The notes under the pieces: generated by a model | What the model was told of the DNA's origin: nothing | The model's input: the letters and a program-made list of their open reading frames with translations, nothing else | The model's database searches: none | In this document: one piece after another, positions 21,340-31,587 of the stretch | Position numbering within the stretch: the first letter of the stretch is position 1 | Layout of the letters: the number at the start of each line of letters is the position of its first letter | Made by a program: the position numbers and the translations under genes | Assembly: GCA_000165345.1 (NCBI GenBank) | Contig: CM000435.1 | Span: 192,001-256,000, forward strand | Direction of reading: 5' to 3' | DNA length: 64,000 nucleotides

Positions 21340-23577
21340 TTGGTGATGAGTCTTGGTAACAATGGTAGTGGGGGAATCAATAATGGAGGATATGAAGATA
21401 TAAGATTTGGTAATAAATCCGGTACCCATAATATGGTATTTCAAGATCTAAGTGGTAAGCATACAGGATATCTTGAAATTCAACAAAATAATCATAATTC
21501 TGCTCAAATAATAATGGATGATCATGAAATAGGAGGAGGTTCTTCTCAAAGAATGGATCAATTGGGAGGTATAACGCAAAGTAATAGTAATACAGGAAGC
21601 TTAGCTGGAAGTCAGTCCTCAATAGGGAGTCAAAGCTACCAAAGCCATAGTTTGAATTCCTCATCTACTTCTCTTCCAAATTCAAATTCAAATTCAAATT
21701 TGAACATGATAATGATGAGTTCTAATTCTGTTCAAGGTCATAATCATGGCCAGAATCGGAATTCAAGTTCCCAAATTCTTCGAAGTTCTATTCATCCTCA
21801 AAATTCCCATTATTACAATAATCCAAACTTGAATAGTTCTGTTTCCCAACCAGGCCCATCTCAATTTCAACATCAGAACAATCATATGCAACAAATTCCT
21901 CAAAATGTGTACCAGCTACAAATGCAAAACCCAGTTAAGTCTCAACAATCATCTCGATCTCACAGTGTGCCTCCATCTTCATCCCCATCTCCTTCGTCGT
22001 CTCCAACTCTCCAGGCCTCTCAGTTGAATGATTACCCTTCAAAAGGTTCATACTCGCAAAGCTCGCAGGTCCTTCAACATTCTCCGTCTCCTTCGCCCCA
22101 GTATTCTCAATCTTCCCATTACTCCCAGCCTTCTCGCAATTCTCATCCATATCAGCTTACGCAGCCGTCTCAGATGTCCCAACAAACTCAGTTACAGTCC
22201 TCTCAACCACATAAGCAGATCCAATTTTCTCAATCTTCTCAGGCGTTTCAGCTTACTCAGCCATCCCAACCGTCTCAGCCTTCTCAGCCTTCTCAACTTA
22301 CTCAGCCTTCTCAGCCTTCTCAGCCTTCTCAGCCTACTCAATTTTCCCAACTTACTCAGCCTTCTCAGCTTACACAACCTTCTCAGCTCACTCAACCTTC
22401 TCAGCTCGCTCAAGCATCCCAACTCTCACAATCATCTCAGCTTGCTCAGGCGTCTCAGTCGTCTCAACAAAGTTACTTAGCTCCTTCAAACCCTTTAAGG
22501 AACTACAATATTCCTATAGAAAAGGTGGTATGGGACTATTTGCATTTCTTGTATAGACAAAACACAGGAGTTTTGGGATATTTGGCTCCTTATATAGACG
22601 AATCATTTAATATCGGTAAATTTCATTGTTTGGTAACGGAATTCTGCAAAAGACAAAGGGTATCGAAGGATGCATTGATCATAAACTCAAAGAATTGGTT
22701 TAAAGAATGCCTAGATCAAAGAGAGGCTACTCAGAGCGTGGAATTGACTATAGAGTGCGAAATAAAGAAGTATGTTGAATCTAAGATCAAACGCTATGAG
22801 GATTTAGGCTTTAAACTAGAGTCTGATAAGATCTCCAAGTTTTATTGTAATTTGGTACCATACATGATCAAAAATCTTTGGAGAAGATTGGAAAATGCAA
22901 GTTATCAAAGAGTTGACTGGTCATCTAGACAGTTCTTAGGAAGTGAAGTAGACCCCAAATTTTGCAATTATGATATGGTTAGCAGAATTATGAGACTTAA
23001 CAGCAGCAATTCTGATGAATCTAATAGGGATAATAGTGAGACGGTATCTGGAAATAAGGCAATCAGGTCTCAGGATAATGATAAGGAATTATCATCCAGG
23101 GAAAAACACGAAGGATCTGACTATATGATGGATTCAAACTCAGATTCTGGTAACAGAAGGAGCCATCAAAGTATTATGAATGTTAAAGCAAATATTGATG
23201 ATCATCATGACCATTGCATAAATGAAATTGATAATTCTCAGAGTCATGGCCAAAACTACAGCCAAAATCAAAATCAAGATGATATTCAAATGAATAAAAG
23301 AAGGAATCCAGATGAACACGATGAACAGACAAAAGAGATGGTAATTGTTTCCAGGACTCAGAAATGGCTCTTAAGAAACGTTAAACTTGAAGATTTTAAG
23401 TACTTAATTAGAGTTGATCAGCTTAGAGAAGAGAATATATTGAGAAATTCTGCTCCATCAAAGCATAAGTCCAAGTCGAAATCAAGATCATCTAGTTCTA
23501 ATACCTCAGTAAGACTACCTAGGAAGACTCAGAATGTTATTTTAGACTACATTAACTTGTGTAATTTTAAAATTTAA
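21340..23577 (+). CDS. Hypothetical Ser/Gln/Pro-rich low-complexity protein, 745 aa, with a tandem QPSQ(L/P)(T/S) repeat array and a non-repetitive C-terminal domain
   Basis: Long ORF. The internal 9/18-bp tandem repeats (cagccttct / cagcttactcagccttct) are in frame. No family recognised for the C-terminal 350 aa. Confidence 0.55.
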   Translation: MVMSLGNNGSGGINNGGYEDIRFGNKSGTHNMVFQDLSGKHTGYLEIQQNNHNSAQIIMDDHEIGGGSSQRMDQLGGITQSNSNTGSLAGSQSSIGSQSYQSHSLNSSSTSLPNSNSNSNLNMIMMSSNSVQGHNHGQNRNSSSQILRSSIHPQNSHYYNNPNLNSSVSQPGPSQFQHQNNHMQQIPQNVYQLQMQNPVKSQQSSRSHSVPPSSSPSPSSSPTLQASQLNDYPSKGSYSQSSQVLQHSPSPSPQYSQSSHYSQPSRNSHPYQLTQPSQMSQQTQLQSSQPHKQIQFSQSSQAFQLTQPSQPSQPSQPSQLTQPSQPSQPSQPTQFSQLTQPSQLTQPSQLTQPSQLAQASQLSQSSQLAQASQSSQQSYLAPSNPLRNYNIPIEKVVWDYLHFLYRQNTGVLGYLAPYIDESFNIGKFHCLVTEFCKRQRVSKDALIINSKNWFKECLDQREATQSVELTIECEIKKYVESKIKRYEDLGFKLESDKISKFYCNLVPYMIKNLWRRLENASYQRVDWSSRQFLGSEVDPKFCNYDMVSRIMRLNSSNSDESNRDNSETVSGNKAIRSQDNDKELSSREKHEGSDYMMDSNSDSGNRRSHQSIMNVKANIDDHHDHCINEIDNSQSHGQNYSQNQNQDDIQMNKRRNPDEHDEQTKEMVIVSRTQKWLLRNVKLEDFKYLIRVDQLREENILRNSAPSKHKSKSKSRSSSSNTSVRLPRKTQNVILDYINLCNFKI
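22246..22462 (+). repeat. In-frame coding minisatellite of about 24 degenerate 9-bp units (CAGCCTTCT / CAGCTTACT = QPS/QLT) inside the S/Q-rich gene
   Basis: Read directly. The antisense and alternate-frame ORFs the track lists here (22028..22480, 22192..22422) are repeat artefacts. Confidence 0.8.
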
Positions 23578-23726
23578 TTTAATTTAAAAAAAAAGAAATT
23601 GGATTTATAATAGGCGCCAAATTCCACTAAAGATTTTGCATGCATGCATTTTTATATATATTATAGATACCCACTTATATAGTAGAAAAAAAAATTTAGA
23701 CAAATTAAAGTTTTATATATTTATGA

Positions 23727-25238
23727 TCATCTTATTACATCATTAATTACTTGTTTATTTACATGCAAATACAAGAATAGGCTTGAAATACTGAGTGAGG
23801 AAATAGTTAAGGTTAGTATTATATAGATCTTAGATAATCTTGAGACAAATATTAAAAAGAAAAGCTTGTAGATATTGATAATCAAGTCATTTGAAAGTAC
23901 TTTCCACAAAAAATAGGTAGATATATTAAATTCATGTGTCTCTTTATGTTTATTTAAAATGTAAAGACTATATAAAATGTTTTCAAGGGAAAACAAGTCT
24001 AGGTAAAATGCTAAATCTGCAAGTTGAAGAATCTTGAATGGCTTTATTTTGGTTTGATTCTGCTTGAGTTGTGAGGTATATTTCGTTAAAGCTACTCTAA
24101 ATGAGTCACTAGCATTAAAATGAAAGTAGGAAATCAGTCCTTGGGTAAAGAAAGTTTGGGAAAACTTGCAAAATAAAAAATTGTCTTGGTGTACACTTGG
24201 AAGAGCTGAAAGAAAAGATGTTAAGGAAACGGATAATGATGAAGATGATGATGAGGAAGAGGAGGGAAGATCTGAGAGAACTTGACTAGACAAATGGCAA
24301 TCATCTTTTTTTTTACTTCTTTTTTTACTGTGAATATCCATACTTTGGTCTCTACCAATATCTTGTTCTTGGGATTTGGTTGAGTGGAATGATGATGAGG
24401 ACAAAGGGGAAATTTGTTGATTCACTTCTTGGCATCCAAAATTATCTTGATTTTGATAAAGTTCTGCTTTGATTGTCGAATAATAGGAAGAGGAAGAAGA
24501 TGAGGAAGAAGAATGAAGATTTTGAGAACCAAAAGATGAAGTTTGTCCAGGATTTTGAGTGTTATTAGTTATCCAATTAAAACTAGAAGTTATATTTCCA
24601 GCAGCTAGAAAAGATCTAACTTGGATGACCAAGAAGCTTAAACGAACCAAAAAAAACAAAACTGATTGAGAAAGTTTTAAATACTGGGATGATAAGTAAC
24701 TGAAAAATATAATGTCAACAATTTCATGAAATCTACTTACGACACCTATTATACTGCACCAAGTATTATATATTCCACTAAATTGATTATGGTTAAATAT
24801 ATCATTTTGAAAGAATAGAAATTTACATAAATACTTTTCTTTATTAAATAGAAAAATTGAATAAATAACTCCAATTGTGTAAACTAATAAATAAAAGCTC
24901 CATGAATTATATATAAATATGTTTGATTTTATTAAGATGGTATCAAATTTATTATCAAAATCCAAAATATTTCGCGAGTTTCTTTGTATAATTTGTATTA
25001 ATAAAAAAACTAATATATTAAAAGAATATTTATAAAACAAAATCTCACCTAATTTATCCATTATTTCCAAATAACTAAAAAGATCAATCTTCATTTTTGG
25101 AACTGATGTCCAGTTATCTAAGTTTATGTTTGGATCCTCATTTAATTCTGAAATAATTATCTCATCAAGTACTGTTGAGAAGCTCAATTCATGGCTTCTT
25201 TCAGAATCTGTCAAAAATTCTTGATAGTTATCAATCAT
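23727..25238 (-). CDS. Hypothetical multi-pass membrane protein, 503 aa, with Ser-rich linkers
   Basis: Complete ORF with several hydrophobic 20-25 aa segments (FNILVFLLIQII, FYLLVYTIGVIYSIFLF, IYIILTLTISSLSISSLFLYL). E2F-like TTTTCCCGCCA and ATGCATGCATAC lie 270-340 bp upstream. Confidence 0.5.
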   Translation of the reverse strand: MIDNYQEFLTDSERSHELSFSTVLDEIIISELNEDPNINLDNWTSVPKMKIDLFSYLEIMDKLGEILFYKYSFNILVFLLIQIIQRNSRNILDFDNKFDTILIKSNIFIYNSWSFYLLVYTIGVIYSIFLFNKEKYLCKFLFFQNDIFNHNQFSGIYNTWCSIIGVVSRFHEIVDIIFFSYLSSQYLKLSQSVLFFLVRLSFLVIQVRSFLAAGNITSSFNWITNNTQNPGQTSSFGSQNLHSSSSSSSSSYYSTIKAELYQNQDNFGCQEVNQQISPLSSSSFHSTKSQEQDIGRDQSMDIHSKKRSKKKDDCHLSSQVLSDLPSSSSSSSSSLSVSLTSFLSALPSVHQDNFLFCKFSQTFFTQGLISYFHFNASDSFRVALTKYTSQLKQNQTKIKPFKILQLADLAFYLDLFSLENILYSLYILNKHKETHEFNISTYFLWKVLSNDLIINIYKLFFLIFVSRLSKIYIILTLTISSLSISSLFLYLHVNKQVINDVIR

Positions 25239-25651
25239 TGTTATGCTAGCTAAGAAGCTAGCTTACTTGTCTTATGTTAGATTTTCTGCTTTCCCTAATT
25301 TCACACACTTTTTTTCAATTAATTTGCCAATTTTCTTATTTTTTGCTCAATGTTTAACCTGAATAACCATATTTATTTTAACAATTAGCCAATTTTGTTG
25401 AGTAAAACTTATTCTTATGCCTTAATCTAAAGTTAACCAGTAATTATTTATCTTTCTTATGCGCTTTTATTATATATTTTATTTTCTCCATATTTTTTAT
25501 CATTTTCCCGCCATACATGCAAATTTCCGGCGCACAGCCCCCCACGAGACGAATTTTGAAAGAAAAATGCATGCATACAAATTTCAGAGAATATTCAAAG
25601 AAAAAAAAAATGAAAGCTTCTAAAAAGCTATTTTAGTTTACAGAAGACAAT

Positions 25652-27063
25652 CTACGATTTAGATGACAATGAAGTAACTCCTGGTAACAACTTCCCCTCA
25701 AGTAGCTCTAAAGAAGCACCTCCGCCTGTAGAAACATGAGATACCTTATTAGCTGATCCACATTTTTCAACTAATGATGCAGTATCACCTCCACCCACAA
25801 TTGTGATTGAACCTGACTCTGTTGCTGCAACAAGTGCTTCAACCATGGAGCGAGATCCTTTTGAGAATTTCTCCATCTCAAATACACCTGGAGGGCCATT
25901 AGCAACAATAGTTTTTGAAGAAAGAATCAATTCTTTAAAAGAATTGGATGATTCTGGACCAATGTCAAGACCCATCCAACCATCCGGAATACCTTCAGAA
26001 TCCTTAATAATTCTAGCGTTTGCTTCATTAGAAAAGTTATCTGCAATGACAAAATCACTAGGTAATAAAATCTGAACATTCCTCTCCTTGGCTGTATCCA
26101 TAATTTCTTTAACAATTTTGGCTCCTTCTTCATCAAATAAAGATTTGCCAATTTGCATATTATCCATCACTTTTTTGAAAGTGAAAGCCATTCCACCTCC
26201 AATAATCATTCTGTCAACTTTTAAAAGCAAATTCTTAATCAACTGAATCTTATCAGCAACTTTGGCTCCTCCCATGATTGCTAAGAATGGTCTAGTGGGA
26301 GATTCTAAAGCTTTACTGAAATATTCCAATTCTTTTTTCAACAACAAGCCAGCAACTTTTGGTGTTAAATCAACACCAACCATTGAACTATGTGCTCTGT
26401 GTGCTGTTCCAAAAGCATCATTCACATAAATATCGCCTAATGAGCTTAAAGACTTTCTAAAAGCTTCAATTTCTTCAGGAGTTGCCTTTACTTTTTCACC
26501 ATTTTCATTTACACCTTTGCCTTCTTCTGCTAAGTGGAATCTCAAATTCTCCAGCAAAATAATGCTTCCTTCTGCTGGATTCTTGCATAACTCCTCTGTC
26601 TCATTACCTACACAATCCTTTGCAAAGATTACTGATTTACCCAATAATTCCTCCAAAATTGGAACTATTACAGTTAATGAGTATTCCATCTTTCTTTGTC
26701 CATCTGGCCTACCCAAATGAGAAGCCAAAACTACACTCTTTGCTCCGCACTCTAAAGCATATTTTATGGTTGGAAGACTTGCAATTATTCTAGTTTTGTC
26801 TGTAACTTGCCCATTCTTTACTGGTACATTCATATCTACTCTAATGAATACTCTTTTGCCTTTTAACTAAAATCATTTAACATAATAGGGAGAAAAAAAA
26901 ATGAAAATTAGTTAGTTATTCATTCAATATTTAATTAAAATATGTTGTAAAAACAACATTGATTACTTTTTTCTCTGTTTATCCTCCAAAAAAATCCTTT
27001 CACAAACAAATAACTTACCTCTGATGCAACATCAGTTATATTAAGCTTTTTTGAAAGATCCAT
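25652..27063 (-). CDS. PGK: Phosphoglycerate kinase, two exons: join(complement(27019..27063), complement(25652..26866)), 419 aa
   Basis: Exon 2 carries the PGK signatures ([26 protein letters not shown], hinge and C-domain). The ORF-track Met at 26833 lacks the conserved N-terminus. Upstream on the minus strand, ATGGATCTTTCAAAAAAGCTTAATATAACTGATGTTGCATCAGAG|GTAAGT encodes [22 protein letters not shown] acceptor then joins to [19 protein letters not shown], reproducing the yeast PGK N-terminus [28 protein letters not shown]. Confidence 0.85.
26867..27018 (-). other. PGK intron (152 nt; GTAAGTTATTTG...GATTTTAG on the minus strand) after codon 15
   Basis: A phase-0 junction restores the conserved PGK N-terminal motif. 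Without splicing, the upstream in-frame sequence hits TAG 12 codons before the ORF-track Met. Confidence 0.8.
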
Positions 27064-27227
27064 TTTATCCAATGATTATACAAAATCAAAATACAAACTT
27101 TGAAAAAAATTCTCTATAAAATAAATAGAATAGAAATTGAAACCAAATTATTTATCTATTTATTATTTGTAATAATAAATATCCAACCACTATTGCAATG
27201 TACACAGATTTCGCATGCAACATGGCT

Positions 27228-27264
27228 GTGGGGAACACGTGTACTATATTCACACGTGTGGGGA
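27228..27264. promoter_or_regulatory. Twinned G-box/E-box element (GTGGGGA-ACACGTGT ... ACACGTGT-GGGGA) 165-200 bp upstream of the PGK ATG
   Basis: CTGTGGGGAACACGTGTAC (27226-27244) and CACACGTGTGGGGAG (27251-27265). Two palindromic ACACGTGT cores lie 17 bp apart, each flanked by GTGGGGA in mirror arrangement. Confidence 0.4.
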
Positions 27265-27478
27265 GAATATTTCTACTAAAATTCGAGCACTACAAGTTTT
27301 TCTTTCCTATTTTCTTTCTTTCTTCCTTATACCATCAATTCTATAATTACTAACTACAATCTAACTTTATATTTAATTCAAAAACAATTACAATATTTAA
27401 ATAAACTTGAATAAAATCATTCGAGTCTACCTATAAAGAAATCCTTGAAAACTTTTGCTTGTTTTAAAATAACAAATG

Positions 27479-27491
27479 TTTTGGCGGGAAA
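27479..27491. promoter_or_regulatory. Canonical E2F site TTTTGGCGGGAAA about 415 bp upstream of PGK
   Basis: Exact match to the E2F consensus TTTSSCGC/GGCGGGAAA. Followed by CTTGCGCC. Confidence 0.4.
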
Positions 27492-27849
27492 CTTGCGCCT
27501 CGGTTAGAAATTATTTTTAATAAGAATTAATTTATAAGTATAGAAAATCAACATTATGAAATTAGAAATGCACTAGCTTGTTGAACTGAATAAGTAAGTG
27601 CAGAGAACTCTGCTTTTTACAGGTGTTAAACTTCACACCTATGCTTATTTAGTATGGTATATAGTGCTAAAATAGCAATTTGCAAGTAGATTGCAAAGAC
27701 GATAATAGAACCTATATTAAAGTAAGATTTCGAATTTAATATGGTACTTGAGTATCGTACAGATATGAAACATGCAAAATGGTAGGTAAATAAGTATAAA
27801 AAAAATAGTTAATTGCTTTACTAATTTATTATTATTATTATTATTAGTA

Positions 27850-30800
27850 TTAGATGGATAAAGCGAGAATAGGTAGATTAGAGATTTCAATGATTTCTTT
27901 TGAAATTTGATCTTTCAAGTATTTAACTTGAAGCATAAACTTGTGTTCATGATTTTGTTGATTATAAGTTGTGACAAATTTTCTGGAATTTATATCATAG
28001 GAATTGATAATTTTGTTCAGTAATTTAGATTTGGAAAAAGAGTAGTTTTCAATTGAGAAATTTGAAGAATTCAAGTTAAGAGATTCAGTATCAGAATTGC
28101 TGGATATAATTGATCTAATTATAAGTAATTTTACCAAATTAATGATTTGCTTATTAAATATTCCAGAGAACTTGTTCAAATTATCTATATTATCAAAATT
28201 ATCAAGATAAGATTCAATATTATTGAATGTTCCAGTAATTATTGAAATCTTGACCAAATTACAAAGGCTTTCGATATCATTGATATTATTAAAATTCATA
28301 GATGAAATATAATTTTGAAAATGAGTATTGATATTATCAATATTTAAATTCTCAATACCAGTAAATATTTGGAGTTGTTTAATAATAGCATCCAGTATAT
28401 TATTTCTATATTCTGTTGATATATTATCAATACCATTTTTCATATTGTTGAATATTTTTGTGTAAAAATGAGTTAGTAAAATAGGGAAAACTCCTATTTG
28501 GTTTTCTCTAATATATGAATTTTCTAATGTATATACTCTGTAAATTGATTTACTACAAACTAAAATGCAAGTCTCCATAGATAATTTTCCAAGAATCTTC
28601 TGTGAACAGTAGTAATGAATATATATTGGAATATAACTTTGTGTATTAAATATGCAATCCTTTCTATAATTCTGTATAATTTCATGAGATTTGCTCCAAT
28701 TTTGTTCAGAGTCTTTAACAAATTCTAAAGTCTCTTTTAAACTTTCGTTTTCATCACCACCTTTATTTTTGTTCTTTTGTTTATCTTTTTTAGAATTGAT
28801 TTGAGATAATTCTAATTTACCATGAACTATCTTGTAAATATTAATCCAAACCTTTCTCCAAAATATGACACTTATTTTTCGATAATTTGTATTGCAAAAG
28901 AGTTTATCCTGCATATTAATGAAATCAAGATACCTACATAGTGTCATTTTTCTTAAACAATATAAATGATAATCGTATTGATCAGTCTTCATAATTTCCA
29001 TTGAGTCCAATAATCTTAAATAATGATCAAAAGTCATCACATAGCCATCGATACTTGAATCAAATAATTCCAGGCTCTTCACAACCCTTTTTTCATACCA
29101 GATCATTTGCAAATTTTTAATTTCTGTTTCATTTGAGGGTACAACTTCGCTTTCTTTTGACTTTGATTGATCAGATATACGCGTCATAAATTTCTTTAAT
29201 AATTCCTTAGCCTCGTTAAAATCTCCATTTTCCAAACAAGCACAAATTGTACGAGTATTAAGGTACCTGTCATTTATATCCATTAATCTCGCATGATCAA
29301 TTGCATTAGTTGCTTCATCAAACCTATAAAGATGTTTTAAAAGTCTTCGTTTAATGTTAAACGTATCAGGTTTTTTATCGTCTAATTTCAAAGCTTTTTC
29401 AATATAATTTAATCCTTCTAATGAAAGGCCCATGCAATCCAAATGTTGAGAATATATTAAATACAGAGTAATCAATTCATCTTTATCAGCTTCGCCTTTT
29501 TCATATAAATTTTCATATTCACTTACAATATTATTCAATTCTGAATGAATCAAGAATTTCTTTTTACTATCCAATTTAATTAAGTAACCAATTAATGATT
29601 TTAAGGCAGTAATTCTGCTCTTAAGTTTACTTTTTAAGTAACTTCTAAACTTTCTAAGAAATTCTTCTCCATTTGAAAATGCTAATTCTATCCTTAAAAT
29701 AGTATCACTATTGGGAAACTGGGACTTCTTTTCCTGGAAAAACTGTTCAATCTTTCTCAAAGAATTTTCATATTCGACCTTTTTTTCTGCTAATTCAGAA
29801 TCTTCATAAATAATAAACTCCAGAACAGGATTTGTAATATTACTGGATGCTTTATAGCCATAATCACATTCAATTTCTTTTGAATTTAATCTTTTATGTT
29901 CCAAATGCTTATTTCTTCCAATATTATCATTAGTTAGCAAAGGAAAGTATATTATACCAGATGTACCTCTTGTGTGGAAAAAGTTTGATCCTATGCTACA
30001 TATTGGAATAACAGCTTCATTTCCAGATGAGACACTTTCATCTTCACTTTCTTGAAGCCTAAATCCTTTGATTTGGTGAGCTGGTAAATGTGGAGGGGAT
30101 AATACCACATTATTTAGAGATTTATTTGTAATCATACAGCCAAATAAAGCATAATCATCATCTGGATAAAGCTCTAGAAGATTATTAAAACATTCAGAAC
30201 ACTCTTTAGTATAATTTTGATTACATTTGACCAAAAGATTCCCCATTATATTGTAGTAATCAGTCTTGTCAAGAATAAACTCTTTGTTTGATCTTAAAAA
30301 GTTATAAGCTTGTTGATATTTTTTTCCATCTAATAATACTCTCACAAAGTATAAAAGTAGTTCGGATCTTTGAAATGGTTCTAAAAATGAGAATAATACT
30401 CCATAATTGTTTTCATCTAGAGATGTCCTTTTTGAATGAATATTACCATTTTCTGAGGAACCAAACTGATCAATAGAAAGTAAACAATTAATTGCTGAGT
30501 TAATATACCCACAAAAATGATTACCAAGTGCAGAGGCTATCCAATTTGTTCTGATATCAGGGCGAATTCTCTTGATCTCGTTTCTGATATCTCTAAAGCC
30601 TTGGTAATTTCGTATTTGAATAAGACATGTTGCCAAATCTCTTAAAACTACCAAATCTTCTTTGTCAAACTTTAAAGCTGTCTTAAAACATTTGATTGCC
30701 TCATTGTAATCAAAATCACCTTTATATAATGTTCCAAGACAATGCCAACTCATTGGGTTCCTCATATTCTGTTTTATTGCTTCTTTTGCACATTCATATG

Positions 30801-31020
30801 CTTCTTTATGTTTCTCGTCCTTACTCTCAGGATGCATTGCACCTAATATAAAAGCTTTCATAGACAACAAATCTCCTTGTTTTGGATACTTTTTCAACAT
30901 TGTCTCAGTAAGCTTTAGTGATCGCTTATATATTCTTTGATCATATAGTTGAACAATATTCTTAAACTGTTGCTGGTCTCTTGTACTAAGAGTGGCAAGA
31001 TTTGGAATTTCCTTACTCAT
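27850..31020 (-). CDS. NAA15: N-alpha-acetyltransferase NatA auxiliary (TPR) subunit NAA15/Nat1, 1056 aa
   Basis: The N-terminus NLATLSTRDQQQFKNIVQLYDQRIYKRSLKLTETMLKKYPKQGDLLSMKAFIL...SWHCLGTLYKGDFDYNEAIKCFKTALKFDKEDLVVLRDLATCLIQIRNYQGFRDIRNEIKRIRPDIRTNWIASAL aligns to human NAA15 [28 protein letters not shown]...[75 protein letters not shown]. Confidence 0.85.
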   Translation of the reverse strand: MSKEIPNLATLSTRDQQQFKNIVQLYDQRIYKRSLKLTETMLKKYPKQGDLLSMKAFILGAMHPESKDEKHKEAYECAKEAIKQNMRNPMSWHCLGTLYKGDFDYNEAIKCFKTALKFDKEDLVVLRDLATCLIQIRNYQGFRDIRNEIKRIRPDIRTNWIASALGNHFCGYINSAINCLLSIDQFGSSENGNIHSKRTSLDENNYGVLFSFLEPFQRSELLLYFVRVLLDGKKYQQAYNFLRSNKEFILDKTDYYNIMGNLLVKCNQNYTKECSECFNNLLELYPDDDYALFGCMITNKSLNNVVLSPPHLPAHQIKGFRLQESEDESVSSGNEAVIPICSIGSNFFHTRGTSGIIYFPLLTNDNIGRNKHLEHKRLNSKEIECDYGYKASSNITNPVLEFIIYEDSELAEKKVEYENSLRKIEQFFQEKKSQFPNSDTILRIELAFSNGEEFLRKFRSYLKSKLKSRITALKSLIGYLIKLDSKKKFLIHSELNNIVSEYENLYEKGEADKDELITLYLIYSQHLDCMGLSLEGLNYIEKALKLDDKKPDTFNIKRRLLKHLYRFDEATNAIDHARLMDINDRYLNTRTICACLENGDFNEAKELLKKFMTRISDQSKSKESEVVPSNETEIKNLQMIWYEKRVVKSLELFDSSIDGYVMTFDHYLRLLDSMEIMKTDQYDYHLYCLRKMTLCRYLDFINMQDKLFCNTNYRKISVIFWRKVWINIYKIVHGKLELSQINSKKDKQKNKNKGGDENESLKETLEFVKDSEQNWSKSHEIIQNYRKDCIFNTQSYIPIYIHYYCSQKILGKLSMETCILVCSKSIYRVYTLENSYIRENQIGVFPILLTHFYTKIFNNMKNGIDNISTEYRNNILDAIIKQLQIFTGIENLNIDNINTHFQNYISSMNFNNINDIESLCNLVKISIITGTFNNIESYLDNFDNIDNLNKFSGIFNKQIINLVKLLIIRSIISSNSDTESLNLNSSNFSIENYSFSKSKLLNKIINSYDINSRKFVTTYNQQNHEHKFMLQVKYLKDQISKEIIEISNLPILALSI

Positions 31021-31587
31021 CTTTTTTCCCCTACTTTTCTTTCTTTCACTCTCTCACGGAATTTTAGTTTTTAAGTATCCAATTATGCCAATTAAATGTG
31101 AATATAGAATTTAATTTCTGATTAAATATGACTAATAAATTGTTTCAGAACTAGCAAACAATGATCTTCCTTATTCTAAAATATTACATAGAAACTCTTT
31201 GCAAAATTGAGTTTAAGAGAATCACAATATTAATATTTCCAATTGCTCTTCAAATTTCACTCTTTTATAGTTAATGTCAATTTTACACTTCCAAAACTTT
31301 TTTTGCAAACCCCCAACCACACTTCAACAGGTGCCGCCAATTATAGCTATTTTTTTTTCATGTTAATGAGTTGTAATTTAAAAAATGTATTTTAAACCAA
31401 GTAAGTTTGGGCGGGTTCATGTGAGAATTTAATTAAAAGGCTTTAAGAAGTTAATAAAAGCTTGCAGTGGTTTCTTAATTTGCAGGTATTATAGTCCGTG
31501 GAATTAATGATCACGTTAGCAGAAGAGTGAGTAGCCAGTCAAATTCTTTAGTTTAATACTTGTTAAATTGCAAACGAAAATCAAGCT

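Noticed and set aside
22028-22480. Overlapping ORFs (150 aa plus frame 22028..22480; 76 aa minus strand 22192..22422, RRLRRL-rich) across the S/Q gene repeat array
   Set aside because: They are alternate-frame or antisense readings of the CAGCCTTCT tandem repeat. Their low-complexity translations are produced by the repeat, and they lie fully inside a longer coherent ORF.
27590-27650. Two adjacent short hairpins (GCAGAG-AA-CTCTGC; AGGTGT-TAAACTTC-ACACCT) in the NAA15 3' region / far-upstream PGK spacer
   Set aside because: The stems are only 5-6 bp, with no flanking conserved boxes. They are compatible with random secondary structure in AT-rich DNA, and there is insufficient evidence for a ncRNA.
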